The notes: a model not told the origin generated them from the sequence alone. DNA of 64,000 bases from Nitrososphaerota archaeon (GCA_028867755.1 JAGWFT010000002.1:32001-96000); one strand, 5' to 3'. Positions 38,419 through 48,722 are shown, numbered from the stretch's first letter. Program-made: numbers and translations.

Positions 38419-39987
38419 TTAGTCTGTTCCTAACACGTTTAAGACTCGTTTTGGAATCTCATTTAATCTACTTACCGCAAGAGTTCGCTCGTAACCCAGC
38501 CTTCTCAAGTTATTTGCTATTGTAATCGAATACCCAGTATCAAGACCAACACCTATTGCGACCATCTTTGTGCCTAGCATCTTAAAATCCCTCATTACTG
38601 ATCTTACCGCGTCTGGGTCTGACGGCTCTCCATCAGTTAGTGTAAGAAAGATGTCGGGTTTTTTCGAACGTATAGTGGGAAGTAAAAGGTTGTAAACTTC
38701 AGCTAATGGAGTACTACCATTTGCCTTTATCTGTGCAAGACGCTTTGCAGATACGTTATTCCATTGCAAGTTTTCAGGTTTTATCAGCCAACATGTAACT
38801 TGTTTTTGTTCTGTGTTAAATGCATAAACAGAAAATTGCACTTTTAAAAAATTTAAAACTTCACAAAGAGCCAATGTTGCCTTTTTGTATTGAGTCTCCT
38901 GCTCAGCTATGCTAGAAGAATGATCAAGAAGTATGAATATTCTAGTCTTAATTGCTATTTTTTTATCTGTCATGAATGGTTTATGGCCTTCCATGTATGT
39001 TTCTTGATCAAATTCGTCACCAGTAACTACATGTTGTTCTTTCCAGCCTGATTTCCATTCCTTGAATTTGACTTTGAGATTATTAATCAAATCAGTATCA
39101 TAGATCTTGGTTTCATCTACATTTGTTAAAACTGGAACACTAATTCCTGCTACTTCTGTTGTTAGACCTTTATTTTGATTCTTTTTTGTCTCTTCAAGTA
39201 AAACTTTGAATTCATCAAATACTTGTTTTCCATCTGAAATTTTTGTTGGATCTAGTTCTCCAAAGTCGCTTTCTCGGTATTTTGCAATTTTGTTCAGTGT
39301 TTTCATAAATTCTTGTTCAGTCATGGCAATTCCTGAAGAAATTTTTGGCATAGAAATAGGAATGGTCAGAAGTGGATCAATCTCTAGAACCCTAATAATG
39401 TCTGAAACTTTCTTTTCAAGCCAATCTGTGCCATATTTTTTTTCTACTGCCTCGCATACAGACTCGCTGGCTATCTTGGCTGCTTTTTGGATCTTTTCAA
39501 ATGAGCTTGGGGGAATCTCTCCTTTTATGTCTCCAAGCAGAAAATATTGTGTAAATCCCTCAACAATTCTGTTATGGCCGTACAAAGAATTGAGTAGTGG
39601 CCTATACAACCACGCAAATCCATAACTGAATATTATTTCCTCATCCATTCCTTGCCAATATTTCCTGCCTATGGATTCTATCCTTCTTGTCTCCAGTGTA
39701 TTTAGTATAAATCCAAATGCATGATCGTTACTTAGAATCTTGCTAGAGTGCCTTATTCTCATCGATTCATACCAAAGGGCAGTTCTAAGTTGCCTATATT
39801 TTTGAAAATCTGTGCCTTGGTACCTGTCTAGTGGAAACATTGTAACCTTGTTTTCACGTAGTTTTGTTTGAATCTCTTTTTGGTCTTTAATGCTTAAAGT
39901 AACCTGCTCTTTTCCAGACCATCGTCGAACTAGAAACGTACCTATTTCAAGTAATGTATCATTTCTTAGTTGTAATGAATGCATCAA
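38419..39987 (-). CDS. vWA domain protein (NorD/CbbO-like)
   Basis: Intact MIDAS: LLDHSSS, GSTP, LTDGEP. Confidence 0.87.
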   Translation of the reverse strand: MMHSLQLRNDTLLEIGTFLVRRWSGKEQVTLSIKDQKEIQTKLRENKVTMFPLDRYQGTDFQKYRQLRTALWYESMRIRHSSKILSNDHAFGFILNTLETRRIESIGRKYWQGMDEEIIFSYGFAWLYRPLLNSLYGHNRIVEGFTQYFLLGDIKGEIPPSSFEKIQKAAKIASESVCEAVEKKYGTDWLEKKVSDIIRVLEIDPLLTIPISMPKISSGIAMTEQEFMKTLNKIAKYRESDFGELDPTKISDGKQVFDEFKVLLEETKKNQNKGLTTEVAGISVPVLTNVDETKIYDTDLINNLKVKFKEWKSGWKEQHVVTGDEFDQETYMEGHKPFMTDKKIAIKTRIFILLDHSSSIAEQETQYKKATLALCEVLNFLKVQFSVYAFNTEQKQVTCWLIKPENLQWNNVSAKRLAQIKANGSTPLAEVYNLLLPTIRSKKPDIFLTLTDGEPSDPDAVRSVMRDFKMLGTKMVAIGVGLDTGYSITIANNLRRLGYERTLAVSRLNEIPKRVLNVLGTD

Positions 39988-40781
39988 TTCCCAAACATCG
40001 ATGTTATGATATCGTTTACCTTTTGATATTCAACATTGCCCCACTGGGCATACACGTTTGCAAATACAATATCTGCAGCTTGCCTTGGCTTTATGCCAGA
40101 ATCAAGTATCTTACCAAATGCTATGGTCTCACGTAAGCTGGGAGAATAGTAAAGCTCTTCAACTGCAGCTGCTTGTCGCAAAGTACTTGCAAGTCTGATT
40201 CCTTGAATGATATCATTCTCGTGAGCACCAGTTACGTGTTTTTTTACTATTTGCAACTCTATCTCTTCTGGTGGATAATCTAGCCTGATCCTTACTGGAA
40301 ATCTGCTGAGTAATTGAGGTGGAAGCTCTTTGGTACCAACATGTGATAATGGGTTTATAGTTGCAACTACAAACCATCCTTTTGCAGCTTCAATTAGCTC
40401 ACCACCAGCTTCTTTGAGAACTATCTGCCTTCTGTCGTCTAATGCTTCGTCTAATCTAAGTAAAACATCTGCTTCGGCTGAGTTTATTTCATCAAGATAA
40501 AGCATGTCGCCTTCCTTCATGGATTTTACTAGTATCCCCTCCTCAAAACCTACTGTTCCGCTCTCTAGAGTTTTTGAGCCTACCAGATGACTTTCACGAG
40601 TTCTCAAACTGAAATTAATTGATTCGAGTTTCATTCCCTTTCTTGCAGCAAATTCTCTCACAAGAGTAGTTTTGCCAGTTCCCTTTGGACCTATTATGAT
40701 AGCAAACAAACCTGATGCATATGCTTTATCCAAAACTTCAAAGGAATTATTCCAATCTATGTATAATGATTCTGCTAGCAC
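39984..40781 (-). CDS. MoxR-family AAA+ ATPase (CbbQ/NirQ/NorQ-like)
   Basis: GPKGTGKT, YLDEIN, ATINP, LLSRF, SPSLRE. Confidence 0.9.
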   Translation of the reverse strand: MLAESLYIDWNNSFEVLDKAYASGLFAIIIGPKGTGKTTLVREFAARKGMKLESINFSLRTRESHLVGSKTLESGTVGFEEGILVKSMKEGDMLYLDEINSAEADVLLRLDEALDDRRQIVLKEAGGELIEAAKGWFVVATINPLSHVGTKELPPQLLSRFPVRIRLDYPPEEIELQIVKKHVTGAHENDIIQGIRLASTLRQAAAVEELYYSPSLRETIAFGKILDSGIKPRQAADIVFANVYAQWGNVEYQKVNDIITSMFGN

Positions 40782-40834
40782 GTTAATTAGCGGTTTTTTC
40801 CTTAATTTAAGACTGTCTTAAATTATTGATATTC

Positions 40835-42295
40835 TTAACTATTTTCAAGTCTTGCATAAGACTCGTCTAGGACTTTATGAAGTGTCTTATGCCATGTGTC
40901 GTATCCATCAGGTGTCTTGGGGAAATTATAGTAATGCTCTGTCAATATCTTATTTTGTTGTGCAGTGAATCTTAATCCGTCTGCTAACTTTTTGTTCAAA
41001 GCACCTCTGATCATCATTCCGAGTTTTCCAACTGTTCCAAAGTCAGGGTGTTCGCCCTTGCTGATTGCTTCAACATCTAACTTTGACAAAAAGTGTTTCA
41101 TGCCGTAGTTTATCTGCTCATTTGTCAGCGTTTGGAGTAATCTTCGGAAAATCTCCAATCCTGCAGTTTTGTAACCGTAATCGTTGATAAAATCTATGTT
41201 ATATTTCCATAATTCTCGCTCGCTAACATCTCCTGCCTCGATTGCTTCAACAGCATTCTTTCCAATTATTGTTGCAGCAACTATTGCAGGACCAATACCT
41301 CCAGCATCTAGTGGTTTTGGCATCCATGCAGAATCTCCTACCAACATGTATCCATTTGCAACCAAACAATCATTCTGTCTTCTTACTGAGACCTGCCAAT
41401 TTCCAGTTGCATTCATTGAATCGCTTGAATCATCTGATAATTTTGGATCCTTCATTGCTTTGTTGATCTTAACATAATCGTTTATCAATTTGGTAACGTC
41501 ATCACTCTTTCCTAATCTCTGATTTCTTTTCAGTAGTTCTTTTTGCTGTACACCTAGTCCTATGTTCACTTTGTTTTGACCCTTGGGAAAGACCCAACCA
41601 TATCCTCCAGGAGCAATGTCTTGATCTAGATGTATGATGCAATAATCTGGGTCAAAATCTGTTTTGTCATCTCCAACATGCTCAAATTTCATTATGTGTC
41701 TTCCTGTAGACTCTAGATCATCGCGGTCAATTTTTTTCTCAATTTTTGAATCTATAGCAAGCCCATTTCTCAGCATGGAGGTAACGCCTGTAGCGTCAAT
41801 TACTATTTTTGCAGTCTTCTTGAATGGTTCATTAGTGATAAGGTTAGTTCCTTCTACACCAACAACAGTGCCGTTTTCATATATCAGACCTCTTAATGCA
41901 ACAGAAAATTGCATGTTGATTCCCATCTTCTTAGAGTCGCTTAGTTGACGTCGAGGTAGTTGTTGTCTATTTAACATGAATCCATCCCCATCAAAAGGAA
42001 TGGAAGTTTCTCTATCTGGCGAAAAGGCCATCACACCTTTAACTGGGTGTTCAATCTCTGGGCTTCCCCAACTAATCTTTATCCGCTCTGTCATATAGTC
42101 AACTGTGTTTTTGCCAACAGCATCTCCACAAATCCAACCGTTTATCGTTTTTTTACCTACAGTTGGTTCTTGATTTCTATCAATGACAAGAATCGATAAT
42201 TTTTGTTTTGAATAGAACGCTGCTGATTGTGCTGAGATCATTCCAGCCAAACCTCCTCCCGCTACTATAATATCATAATCAGTTTTCACAGCCAA
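40835..42295 (-). CDS. Geranylgeranyl reductase family FAD oxidoreductase
   Basis: GGGLAG, ICGDAV, GYGWVFPKG, LVGDSA..P.DAGGI. Confidence 0.9.
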   Translation of the reverse strand: MAVKTDYDIIVAGGGLAGMISAQSAAFYSKQKLSILVIDRNQEPTVGKKTINGWICGDAVGKNTVDYMTERIKISWGSPEIEHPVKGVMAFSPDRETSIPFDGDGFMLNRQQLPRRQLSDSKKMGINMQFSVALRGLIYENGTVVGVEGTNLITNEPFKKTAKIVIDATGVTSMLRNGLAIDSKIEKKIDRDDLESTGRHIMKFEHVGDDKTDFDPDYCIIHLDQDIAPGGYGWVFPKGQNKVNIGLGVQQKELLKRNQRLGKSDDVTKLINDYVKINKAMKDPKLSDDSSDSMNATGNWQVSVRRQNDCLVANGYMLVGDSAWMPKPLDAGGIGPAIVAATIIGKNAVEAIEAGDVSERELWKYNIDFINDYGYKTAGLEIFRRLLQTLTNEQINYGMKHFLSKLDVEAISKGEHPDFGTVGKLGMMIRGALNKKLADGLRFTAQQNKILTEHYYNFPKTPDGYDTWHKTLHKVLDESYARLENS

Positions 42296-42334
42296 AAAAC
42301 AGGATCTACTCTATTTAAAAGAACCGTATCTTCA

Positions 42335-42417
42335 TAGATCAGGTTTTTGGGTCGGTTCGTCGCGGCTTCCTCACAGCTAATGCTCAGACTGGAGCGGCAA
42401 AATATTACCTCATTCCC
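42335..42417 (-). ncRNA. Candidate C/D box sRNA with long guides
   Basis: C-like ATGAGGT (42407-42413), D' CTGA (42384-42387), C' GTGAGGA (42368-42374), D CTGA (42339-42342); GC-rich; TATA-like TTTAATA 24 nt upstream. Confidence 0.7.
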
Positions 42418-42478
42418 TTTTGTCAATGTTCTTCGAATACTATTAAACTATGCTTCAAAAACAGATGAATTTTGTAAA

Positions 42479-42904
42479 TTAGGCCTTCAATAATTCGGTA
42501 TATGTTTTTGTTATATCTGATTTTTTGTAAATTGGAACTTTTATTCTAATTTTTATTGCATTATTTTGTTGTAAACTAATACTCTTTCCCACAAGCTCCT
42601 TTTTTCCTATTCTAAGAAATAAAGAAGAGTTCTCAAAGTACATCTCAATATTGTCTAGAACTTCGTCTAATTGTAATCTTGAAATTTTAGTAACTAATGT
42701 TTTTACAAACCCTTCTGCTCTTTTCTTTGTAAGTGTGACTCTAAAAAGCATGATTGGATTTCCATAATGACCTACGATTTCCTCTTGTGAAAACTCTTCT
42801 TTTTTTATCTGAAATAAATCAAATATGGGTTCAAAAATTTTCTCACTGTCTTCTGTAGCATGAAATATTATCTCGATACTAGCTTCGATCTGATTTGCCA
42901 TCAC
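42479..42904 (-). CDS. DUF54-like RNA-binding protein
   Basis: HATEDSEK, GHYGNPI, LFLRIGK. Confidence 0.8.
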   Translation of the reverse strand: MMANQIEASIEIIFHATEDSEKIFEPIFDLFQIKKEEFSQEEIVGHYGNPIMLFRVTLTKKRAEGFVKTLVTKISRLQLDEVLDNIEMYFENSSLFLRIGKKELVGKSISLQQNNAIKIRIKVPIYKKSDITKTYTELLKA

Positions 42905-42931
42905 TATGAGTATTTTATATGACGATTAAAT

Positions 42932-43549
42932 CTATTTGGCTTGTAACAGGACTGTTTCTGCCTCTGCTGTTCTGATAAGTTTTGCCTTTTCAATTCCTAT
43001 GTGTCTTACATGAATTATTTTCTTAACTGCTGCCATTATGTCAGAATTTATCTTGCCAAATGCTGTGGCTTGGATAAATTGGTCTATTGTCATCTCTGGT
43101 ATGTGTTTTGCCATTATCTCCTTTGCAATTAATCTCAGAGCGTGCTTTCTTGAGGTGTTAAGCTTTTTCTGAGTTAGTGCGATGACTTTAATTCTGAAAA
43201 GATATCCATCCTTAGTTCTTACATCTCCAATAAAATTGATCAAAGAAGAACCTCGTCTTACAAGACTTCGAAGAAATTCCTTTGCATATTCATATCGTTT
43301 AAAGATCGAAATGGCAGTTTCTCCTTCAACTTTGCTTATCTGGAAGTAAAGCTTGAATTGGTGTTGAGAAGGATCGCCTTTTACAATATCAAATAAGGTA
43401 ACTTCAACAACTCTACCAACAGCGCTTTCATCATCAGTTATGGGAATATACGCAATTGGTACACTATTGAATGCTGCAGGGGCAAGAACAGTAACCCATT
43501 TTTTTTCTCTCCACTTGTCTTTAACCCTTGTAGTCTTTTGGCGAGCCAA
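42932..43549 (-). CDS. rps3ae: 30S ribosomal protein S3Ae (eS1)
   Basis: KDKWREKKW, LRSLVRRGSS. Confidence 0.95.
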   Translation of the reverse strand: MARQKTTRVKDKWREKKWVTVLAPAAFNSVPIAYIPITDDESAVGRVVEVTLFDIVKGDPSQHQFKLYFQISKVEGETAISIFKRYEYAKEFLRSLVRRGSSLINFIGDVRTKDGYLFRIKVIALTQKKLNTSRKHALRLIAKEIMAKHIPEMTIDQFIQATAFGKINSDIMAAVKKIIHVRHIGIEKAKLIRTAEAETVLLQAK

Positions 43550-43593
43550 CTAAAACCAACCTTTTAAGCCAAAATATAAGTTGTACGACATTT

Positions 43594-44856
43594 TTAGATC
43601 GTGCTTGCACCAACGTATTTCTGTAAAACCTTTGGTATGGATATGTGTCCATCCTTTGTTTGAAAGTTTTCTAGTATTGCAACCATTGTTCTTGTAGTTG
43701 CAACAAGAGTGCTGTTTAGCGTGTGCAGATACTGTGGTTGTTCATTGGTTTTATCACGGAACCTTATCTTGAGTCTTCTTGCCTGAAAGTCAAGACAATT
43801 AGAACAAGAGATAATCTCTCTGTAATTATTCTGACCTGCCATCCATGCCTCAAGATCGTATGTTTTTGCAGAAACCTTTCCCATATCACCACTTGAAAGC
43901 AACATGACTCTATATGGTAACCCAATTTTTTGATAAAATTCTTCTACAGTTAATAGCATTTTTTCGTGTTCGCTCCAAGACTCTTCAGGTCTTGAAAAAA
44001 CAAATTGCTCTACTTTTTCAAACTGATGTACACGAAATATTCCCTTTTGGTCTCGACCATGGGCTCCAGCTTCCTTTCTAAAACATGGACTAACACCAGC
44101 ATATCTAAGAGGCAAAATTTTTCCTTCAATTATCTCGTCTGAATGCATTGAGGCAACAGCGTGTTCAGATGTTCCAATCAAGTAAAGATCTTCTCCCTCA
44201 ACCTTGTAAATCACATCTTCAAAATCATGTGCGATTATTGCTCCTTCCATAGAACTTTTGTTTATCATGTAGGGAGTTTGAATGGGCGTATAGTTCTTTT
44301 CGGATAGAAAATCTAATGCAAACTGAATTAATGATTGGTTTAGCCTGACGAGCTGATTTTTCAGATAGTAGAATCTCGCACCAGCAGTCTTTGCAGCTCT
44401 TTCCAGATCTACTAGGTCAAGACTTTGCGTCAAGTCTATGTGGTCTCTCACCTTGAAATCAAATGTGGGTATATTTCCCCATTTTTTTATTTCCTTATTT
44501 GCTGTCTCATCTTTTCCAGTAGGGACAGATTCATGAATCAAATTAGGTAATGTCAGAGAAAGTTTTTTGTAGGAATCTTCAGCTCTAATCTGAGTTTCTT
44601 CTAGTCTTTGCAGTTCATCTGAGACTGAACGCATTTGTTCCATAATGCTTGTCGAATCTTCGTTTGATTTTTTTTTCTTTGCAACCTCGATTGATATTTG
44701 ATTTCTTGTCTTTCTTAGCTCGTCTGTTTTTATTATTAGCTCTCTTCTCTCTTTGTCTAATTTTATGAGTTCATCTAGTGGAAAGTCAACATCTCTTGCT
44801 TCAAGCATATTTCTTATTTTGTCAGGATTGTCTCGTATGAGTTTTGGATCAAACAT
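43594..44856 (-). CDS. serS: Seryl-tRNA synthetase
   Basis: LIGTSEH, FRKEAG..GIFRVHQFEK, EIISCS, HTLNS. Confidence 0.97.
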   Translation of the reverse strand: MFDPKLIRDNPDKIRNMLEARDVDFPLDELIKLDKERRELIIKTDELRKTRNQISIEVAKKKKSNEDSTSIMEQMRSVSDELQRLEETQIRAEDSYKKLSLTLPNLIHESVPTGKDETANKEIKKWGNIPTFDFKVRDHIDLTQSLDLVDLERAAKTAGARFYYLKNQLVRLNQSLIQFALDFLSEKNYTPIQTPYMINKSSMEGAIIAHDFEDVIYKVEGEDLYLIGTSEHAVASMHSDEIIEGKILPLRYAGVSPCFRKEAGAHGRDQKGIFRVHQFEKVEQFVFSRPEESWSEHEKMLLTVEEFYQKIGLPYRVMLLSSGDMGKVSAKTYDLEAWMAGQNNYREIISCSNCLDFQARRLKIRFRDKTNEQPQYLHTLNSTLVATTRTMVAILENFQTKDGHISIPKVLQKYVGASTI

Positions 44857-45098
44857 TAGCTAGTCACTCTGAGGATAACTTGGGTCTGTTCAAGAACTTC
44901 ATCAATAGTAGAGATCAATGTTCGTATATTTCCTTTACCTTCAAATGTGAAAATTAGTTTTCCCTTGTCATCTTCAATTTTAAAGGATAGGTCTTTTGGG
45001 AACTCTACGTTATCAGGTTCCAAAGCTTTGTGAATAGCTTCTGCCTTTTTTTCAGAGATATTATTTAGAAACACTTGTACTTTGCATTCTAGAGACAT
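44856..45098 (-). CDS. pcc1: KEOPS complex Pcc1-like subunit
   Basis: ALEPDN, LISTIDEVL; ATG 45098 preferred. Confidence 0.8.
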   Translation of the reverse strand: MSLECKVQVFLNNISEKKAEAIHKALEPDNVEFPKDLSFKIEDDKGKLIFTFEGKGNIRTLISTIDEVLEQTQVILRVTS

Positions 45099-46479
45099 TT
45101 TCTTCCAAGTAATCCAGGAATTCATCTAATTTATCCTTAGTAATCCTGGCACCAGCGGCTGCATTGTGTCCGCCGCCTACTCCTGAAACCTTTGCAGCGC
45201 ATTCTCTCATGAGTAGCCCTAAATTCACTTCCGATTTGCATCCTGTAGATTTTCGCGAAGAGAATTTTATAGTGCCTTCCTCACCATTTGTCCTAAGTAT
45301 TATTATTTTCCCAGTATTTTTTTGTGAACCGCCCAGAAGTGAAGATACGGCTCCAGTCATATTTTCTGGTACCAATCCCTCGCCATTTACTAGCACGTAT
45401 GAGCCATTGTCTGTTACTCTCCATCTCTCGCTTGACAGTGTATTCATGTATGTTCTCAAAAATGTTCTATATTCCACCAAAATGCTCTCACCTTCTTGCA
45501 ACATCTTAGTTCTATCTCCCATGCAGATTGCGATACCAACTCCTGCTTTGCGTATTCTGCCACATGAGTTTAATACTGTAGAAAATTCTCTTGCATCGCG
45601 CAAAAAGCTTCGCTTGTCTTCTCCTGCCAGTGTGTAGGTATAACCAACAAGCTCGTCAATAATGTCACTTGCATTCTTGTTTGGAATGAACTTGGAAATA
45701 GTTTGTAAAAGAGTTCTTTTTTCATCTTCGGTAAGTTCTGCTGGAACTCTCCATCTCCCACCGTCTTTTAGCCTGATTCCTGATGAATTTAGCAACGAGA
45801 GACACGCATCACGGTTCCAAGTAAGGCCCTCTATGAAAGGCTGTGAGGTAAAGGCAAGAGCATCAGGAAGTGGTCTTGTTTCTCTTCCAACTAATAGTAT
45901 GTCAAGATCAATTTCTAGCTGGTGGTTCTTTTTTGCTGTTGCTGCAATCTCAACGTTAACTCCAGTAAAAGATTTTTTTTCACCTTGATCTTGACGATCC
46001 CCTAATGCAGCTACTACTGCAATCCATGCCAAATCTGTATTTTCTTTATGTAAAGCCTTTGAGACTAGATATGCCATGCTACCTGCCGATGCATCTACTC
46101 CTCCATCAAGGTCATACTTCCAAGCATTGATGACTCTATCATTATCAAGTTCTTCTTGAGGGATCTGATGATGATCAACAATCATCCAATTATCATCAAG
46201 TGCACTGTCCAAGTCTTTTGCAAATCCTCCTCCAAGATCAGTTATAATGTGAAATTGTCTTGAATCATTTTTGAGTCTGTCAATCAAATTTTTGCTGAAT
46301 TCATTAACTGTTTTAACAGTGCATTTTGCTCCTGATCTAATGAGTGATTTTGTTACAATACTTCCTGATGTAATTCCGTCGCAATCTAGATGAGTTATTA
46401 CAGAGATGTTCTTGCCAGACTTGATACAATCAGTAACTTTGTCATGAAAATGGGATAATGCTTGGTCTAACTTACTCAT
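45061..46479 (-). CDS. DHH/DHHA1 phosphoesterase (RecJ/GAN-like)
   Basis: HLDCDG, DLG, VDHH, GGGHNAAAG; adjacent to rps15. Confidence 0.9.
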   Translation of the reverse strand: MSKLDQALSHFHDKVTDCIKSGKNISVITHLDCDGITSGSIVTKSLIRSGAKCTVKTVNEFSKNLIDRLKNDSRQFHIITDLGGGFAKDLDSALDDNWMIVDHHQIPQEELDNDRVINAWKYDLDGGVDASAGSMAYLVSKALHKENTDLAWIAVVAALGDRQDQGEKKSFTGVNVEIAATAKKNHQLEIDLDILLVGRETRPLPDALAFTSQPFIEGLTWNRDACLSLLNSSGIRLKDGGRWRVPAELTEDEKRTLLQTISKFIPNKNASDIIDELVGYTYTLAGEDKRSFLRDAREFSTVLNSCGRIRKAGVGIAICMGDRTKMLQEGESILVEYRTFLRTYMNTLSSERWRVTDNGSYVLVNGEGLVPENMTGAVSSLLGGSQKNTGKIIILRTNGEEGTIKFSSRKSTGCKSEVNLGLLMRECAAKVSGVGGGHNAAAGARITKDKLDEFLDYLEENVSRMQSTSVSK

Positions 46480-46928
46480 TACTCAAGTTGAGCAATGACT
46501 GCCTTATATTTCCAAGTTTTGGGAATACGGCCGATCTTCTTGTAATACGAAGATAGTCTGTGAACCTTGGCCTCTAACAACTCCAACGATCTAACATTTC
46601 TCTTATCTGATTTGTTAGCCTTTAGATGTTTTTGCAGACCCAATGCTTTTGTAACAAGGTTATTGAGGTCTTCTGGCATCTCCGGCTTGACTCCTTTTTG
46701 TTCCAAAATATGCACTAGTGATTTTTTAACAATTTGCTTGGTGAGTGGAATTGCATATTGATCTCGTAGCTTTACTCCAATCTCGCTTGGCTTGAGTCCT
46801 TCTTTTGAATATTTTACTATGAGCTCTTCTATCTCAGCTGGGGTCTGTTTTACCCAAGTCGGTGCACTGGGGGTGACAGGTCTTATAGAATGAGATTTTC
46901 CATGTCGGTGTGAATGAAGACGGCCCAC
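46479..46928 (-). CDS. rps15: 30S ribosomal protein S15 (uS15)
   Basis: MGRLHSHRHGKSHS, PEDL, EAKVHRL..YYK; GTG start. Confidence 0.96.
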   Translation of the reverse strand: MGRLHSHRHGKSHSIRPVTPSAPTWVKQTPAEIEELIVKYSKEGLKPSEIGVKLRDQYAIPLTKQIVKKSLVHILEQKGVKPEMPEDLNNLVTKALGLQKHLKANKSDKRNVRSLELLEAKVHRLSSYYKKIGRIPKTWKYKAVIAQLE

Positions 46929-47034
46929 GGAGCGCTTGTTTTTTCAGCAAACATAAATGTTACTTGCAGATCGCAAGTCTTGATTTACATAAGAGTTAAA
47001 TACCAACAGAAGTCATTTTGAGATAGGTGCTAAA

Positions 47035-47346
47035 ATGAACAAACCAATAATTATTGGAGCCGCACTATTTGCCCTCTTCGTAGTGTCATCATTTGCTCCA
47101 TTCGCTGCGGCACAGTACGCAGGTGTGGGTGGCGGCGGTGGCATTACTCTAGAAGACCAGTTAAAGCTAGCACGTGCAAGAATAGCAGATGTACAAGCAA
47201 ACCCACATGCTGGGTCTGGTACACCATATCTTGACGCTAACGGTGTCATTGGTGCTACAATCATATCTGGTGCTATATTCGGCGGAATCTTCATTGCTTT
47301 CGTCGTAAGAGCAAAGCAAGTAGAAAAGGCAAGAAAACAACGCTAG
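47035..47346 (+). CDS. amoZ: Probable ammonia monooxygenase accessory subunit AmoZ
   Basis: Signal peptide, GSGTPYL motif, C-terminal TM; position next to rps15 and near amo genes as recalled for AOA. Confidence 0.6.
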   Translation: MNKPIIIGAALFALFVVSSFAPFAAAQYAGVGGGGGITLEDQLKLARARIADVQANPHAGSGTPYLDANGVIGATIISGAIFGGIFIAFVVRAKQVEKARKQR

Positions 47347-47433
47347 ATTTTCTCTTTTTCTTATTTTATTATTTATTCTTAGATCCCATTTTATCAAATA
47401 CTACAGAAATGTATATATCGTACCTAAATTGTT

Positions 47434-47712
47434 TTGAATAATATGATGAGCGCGATATTCATGCTCGTAGGTATGCTGTCTAACTTTGCAGGTCAAATAG
47501 GTCCAAACTATGACCCGCTATTCTATGATGTCATGACCTACATATTTGCAACTATGATGTTCGCAGTATTCCTACTCGGCGTCATTGCTTTCTGGCTCAG
47601 AGCACACGGAATGGGTTCAGGCGCTGTCAGAGAAAGATGGGTCTCTGAACTCGACAAGCACTTTGAGAGAGAAGGCATTGGTCTGATACCAGACAACGGA
47701 AAATACTGGTAG
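47434..47712 (+). CDS. amoY: Probable ammonia monooxygenase accessory subunit AmoY
   Basis: Small TM protein directly after amoZ candidate; assignment by synteny; start 47434 (TTG) or 47443. Confidence 0.5.
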   Translation: MNNMMSAIFMLVGMLSNFAGQIGPNYDPLFYDVMTYIFATMMFAVFLLGVIAFWLRAHGMGSGAVRERWVSELDKHFEREGIGLIPDNGKYW

Positions 47713-47778
47713 AATTCCATCCTTTTTCCTTCTTTTTAATTACGACTAGTGCTATCGTTAAGATAATTGATTGGCCCT

Positions 47779-48294
47779 TTAACTCGGTGGAGTAAAGGTT
47801 GGTGCTCCCTGGCTGTTCTTTGAGACAAATTCTGCTCTATAATGCGCACCATCTTGTAAGAGTGTGTGGATGAAATCAGGTGACTCTACTCCATTGACAT
47901 AGATCTTGGACTGTTTATCGTCCATATCTCGCAAATCAAATCCCATTAACCATAAGAAATGGCCTACTTCGAACGGATATTCTTTTGTCCATGCAGCATG
48001 AATTACCCCGTCATCTGATAGAGTATAGATAGACCGTTGGCAATCTTTTGTAATTCCAATGTTGGCAGGTATGTCTTGTTTTGCTCCATCCACATAAATC
48101 TCCAAAGTGGCAGATAATTGATATTTTATGTCACGGCCGTTTATGCACTGGTAAAGAGGATCATCTGCTTTTACTATCTTTTGGATTACCAATGTATTGG
48201 TTAATGCTATCCCAATTCCTATGGCTGCTGTAATTGCAAGATACCTGAGGGTTTTCTTCCGTTTTGATGGATCCCCCATTCCAGGCCAGATCAT
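47779..48294 (-). CDS. Membrane-anchored exported hypothetical protein
   Basis: N-terminal TM, Cys pair, VDG..IPANIGI..C motif. Confidence 0.75.
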   Translation of the reverse strand: MIWPGMGDPSKRKKTLRYLAITAAIGIGIALTNTLVIQKIVKADDPLYQCINGRDIKYQLSATLEIYVDGAKQDIPANIGITKDCQRSIYTLSDDGVIHAAWTKEYPFEVGHFLWLMGFDLRDMDDKQSKIYVNGVESPDFIHTLLQDGAHYRAEFVSKNSQGAPTFTPPS

Positions 48295-48380
48295 GAGCTT
48301 GCTTGTGGGTTAATCGAGTTATATACATTGACATCTAGCACATTAGGACTAGATTTTGTGAAAATATGTATAAAAGAAAT

Positions 48381-48722
48381 TTAGAGTGAAGACTCGCCGC
48401 GCTTTTTGGTTCCTACATCTATGGCGTCATCTACATTATAGATGAATATTTTGCCTTCTCCTGTCATACCAGTACTTGCATGAGATGTTATGGCATCAAC
48501 GACTTTGTCCACCATGTTATCATGTACTACAACATAGATGTTTACGTTCACATTAAAGGCAGATTGGAATCGTCCACCTCTCCCAGATGATACCATCTCT
48601 CTGGGTCTCTTTCCTCTACCTTTTGCTGTGAAATATGTGAAGCCACCGATGTCTAATTGTGTTAATGCAGTAAAGACTGGATCTAACTTGTCTTCTGGAA
48701 TTACAGCTTCTATTTTTTTCAT
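48381..48722 (-). CDS. glnB: Nitrogen regulatory protein P-II
   Basis: MKKIEAVI, KGRG T-loop, TGMTGEGKIF, GTKKRGE. Confidence 0.93.
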   Translation of the reverse strand: MKKIEAVIPEDKLDPVFTALTQLDIGGFTYFTAKGRGKRPREMVSSGRGGRFQSAFNVNVNIYVVVHDNMVDKVVDAITSHASTGMTGEGKIFIYNVDDAIDVGTKKRGESSL

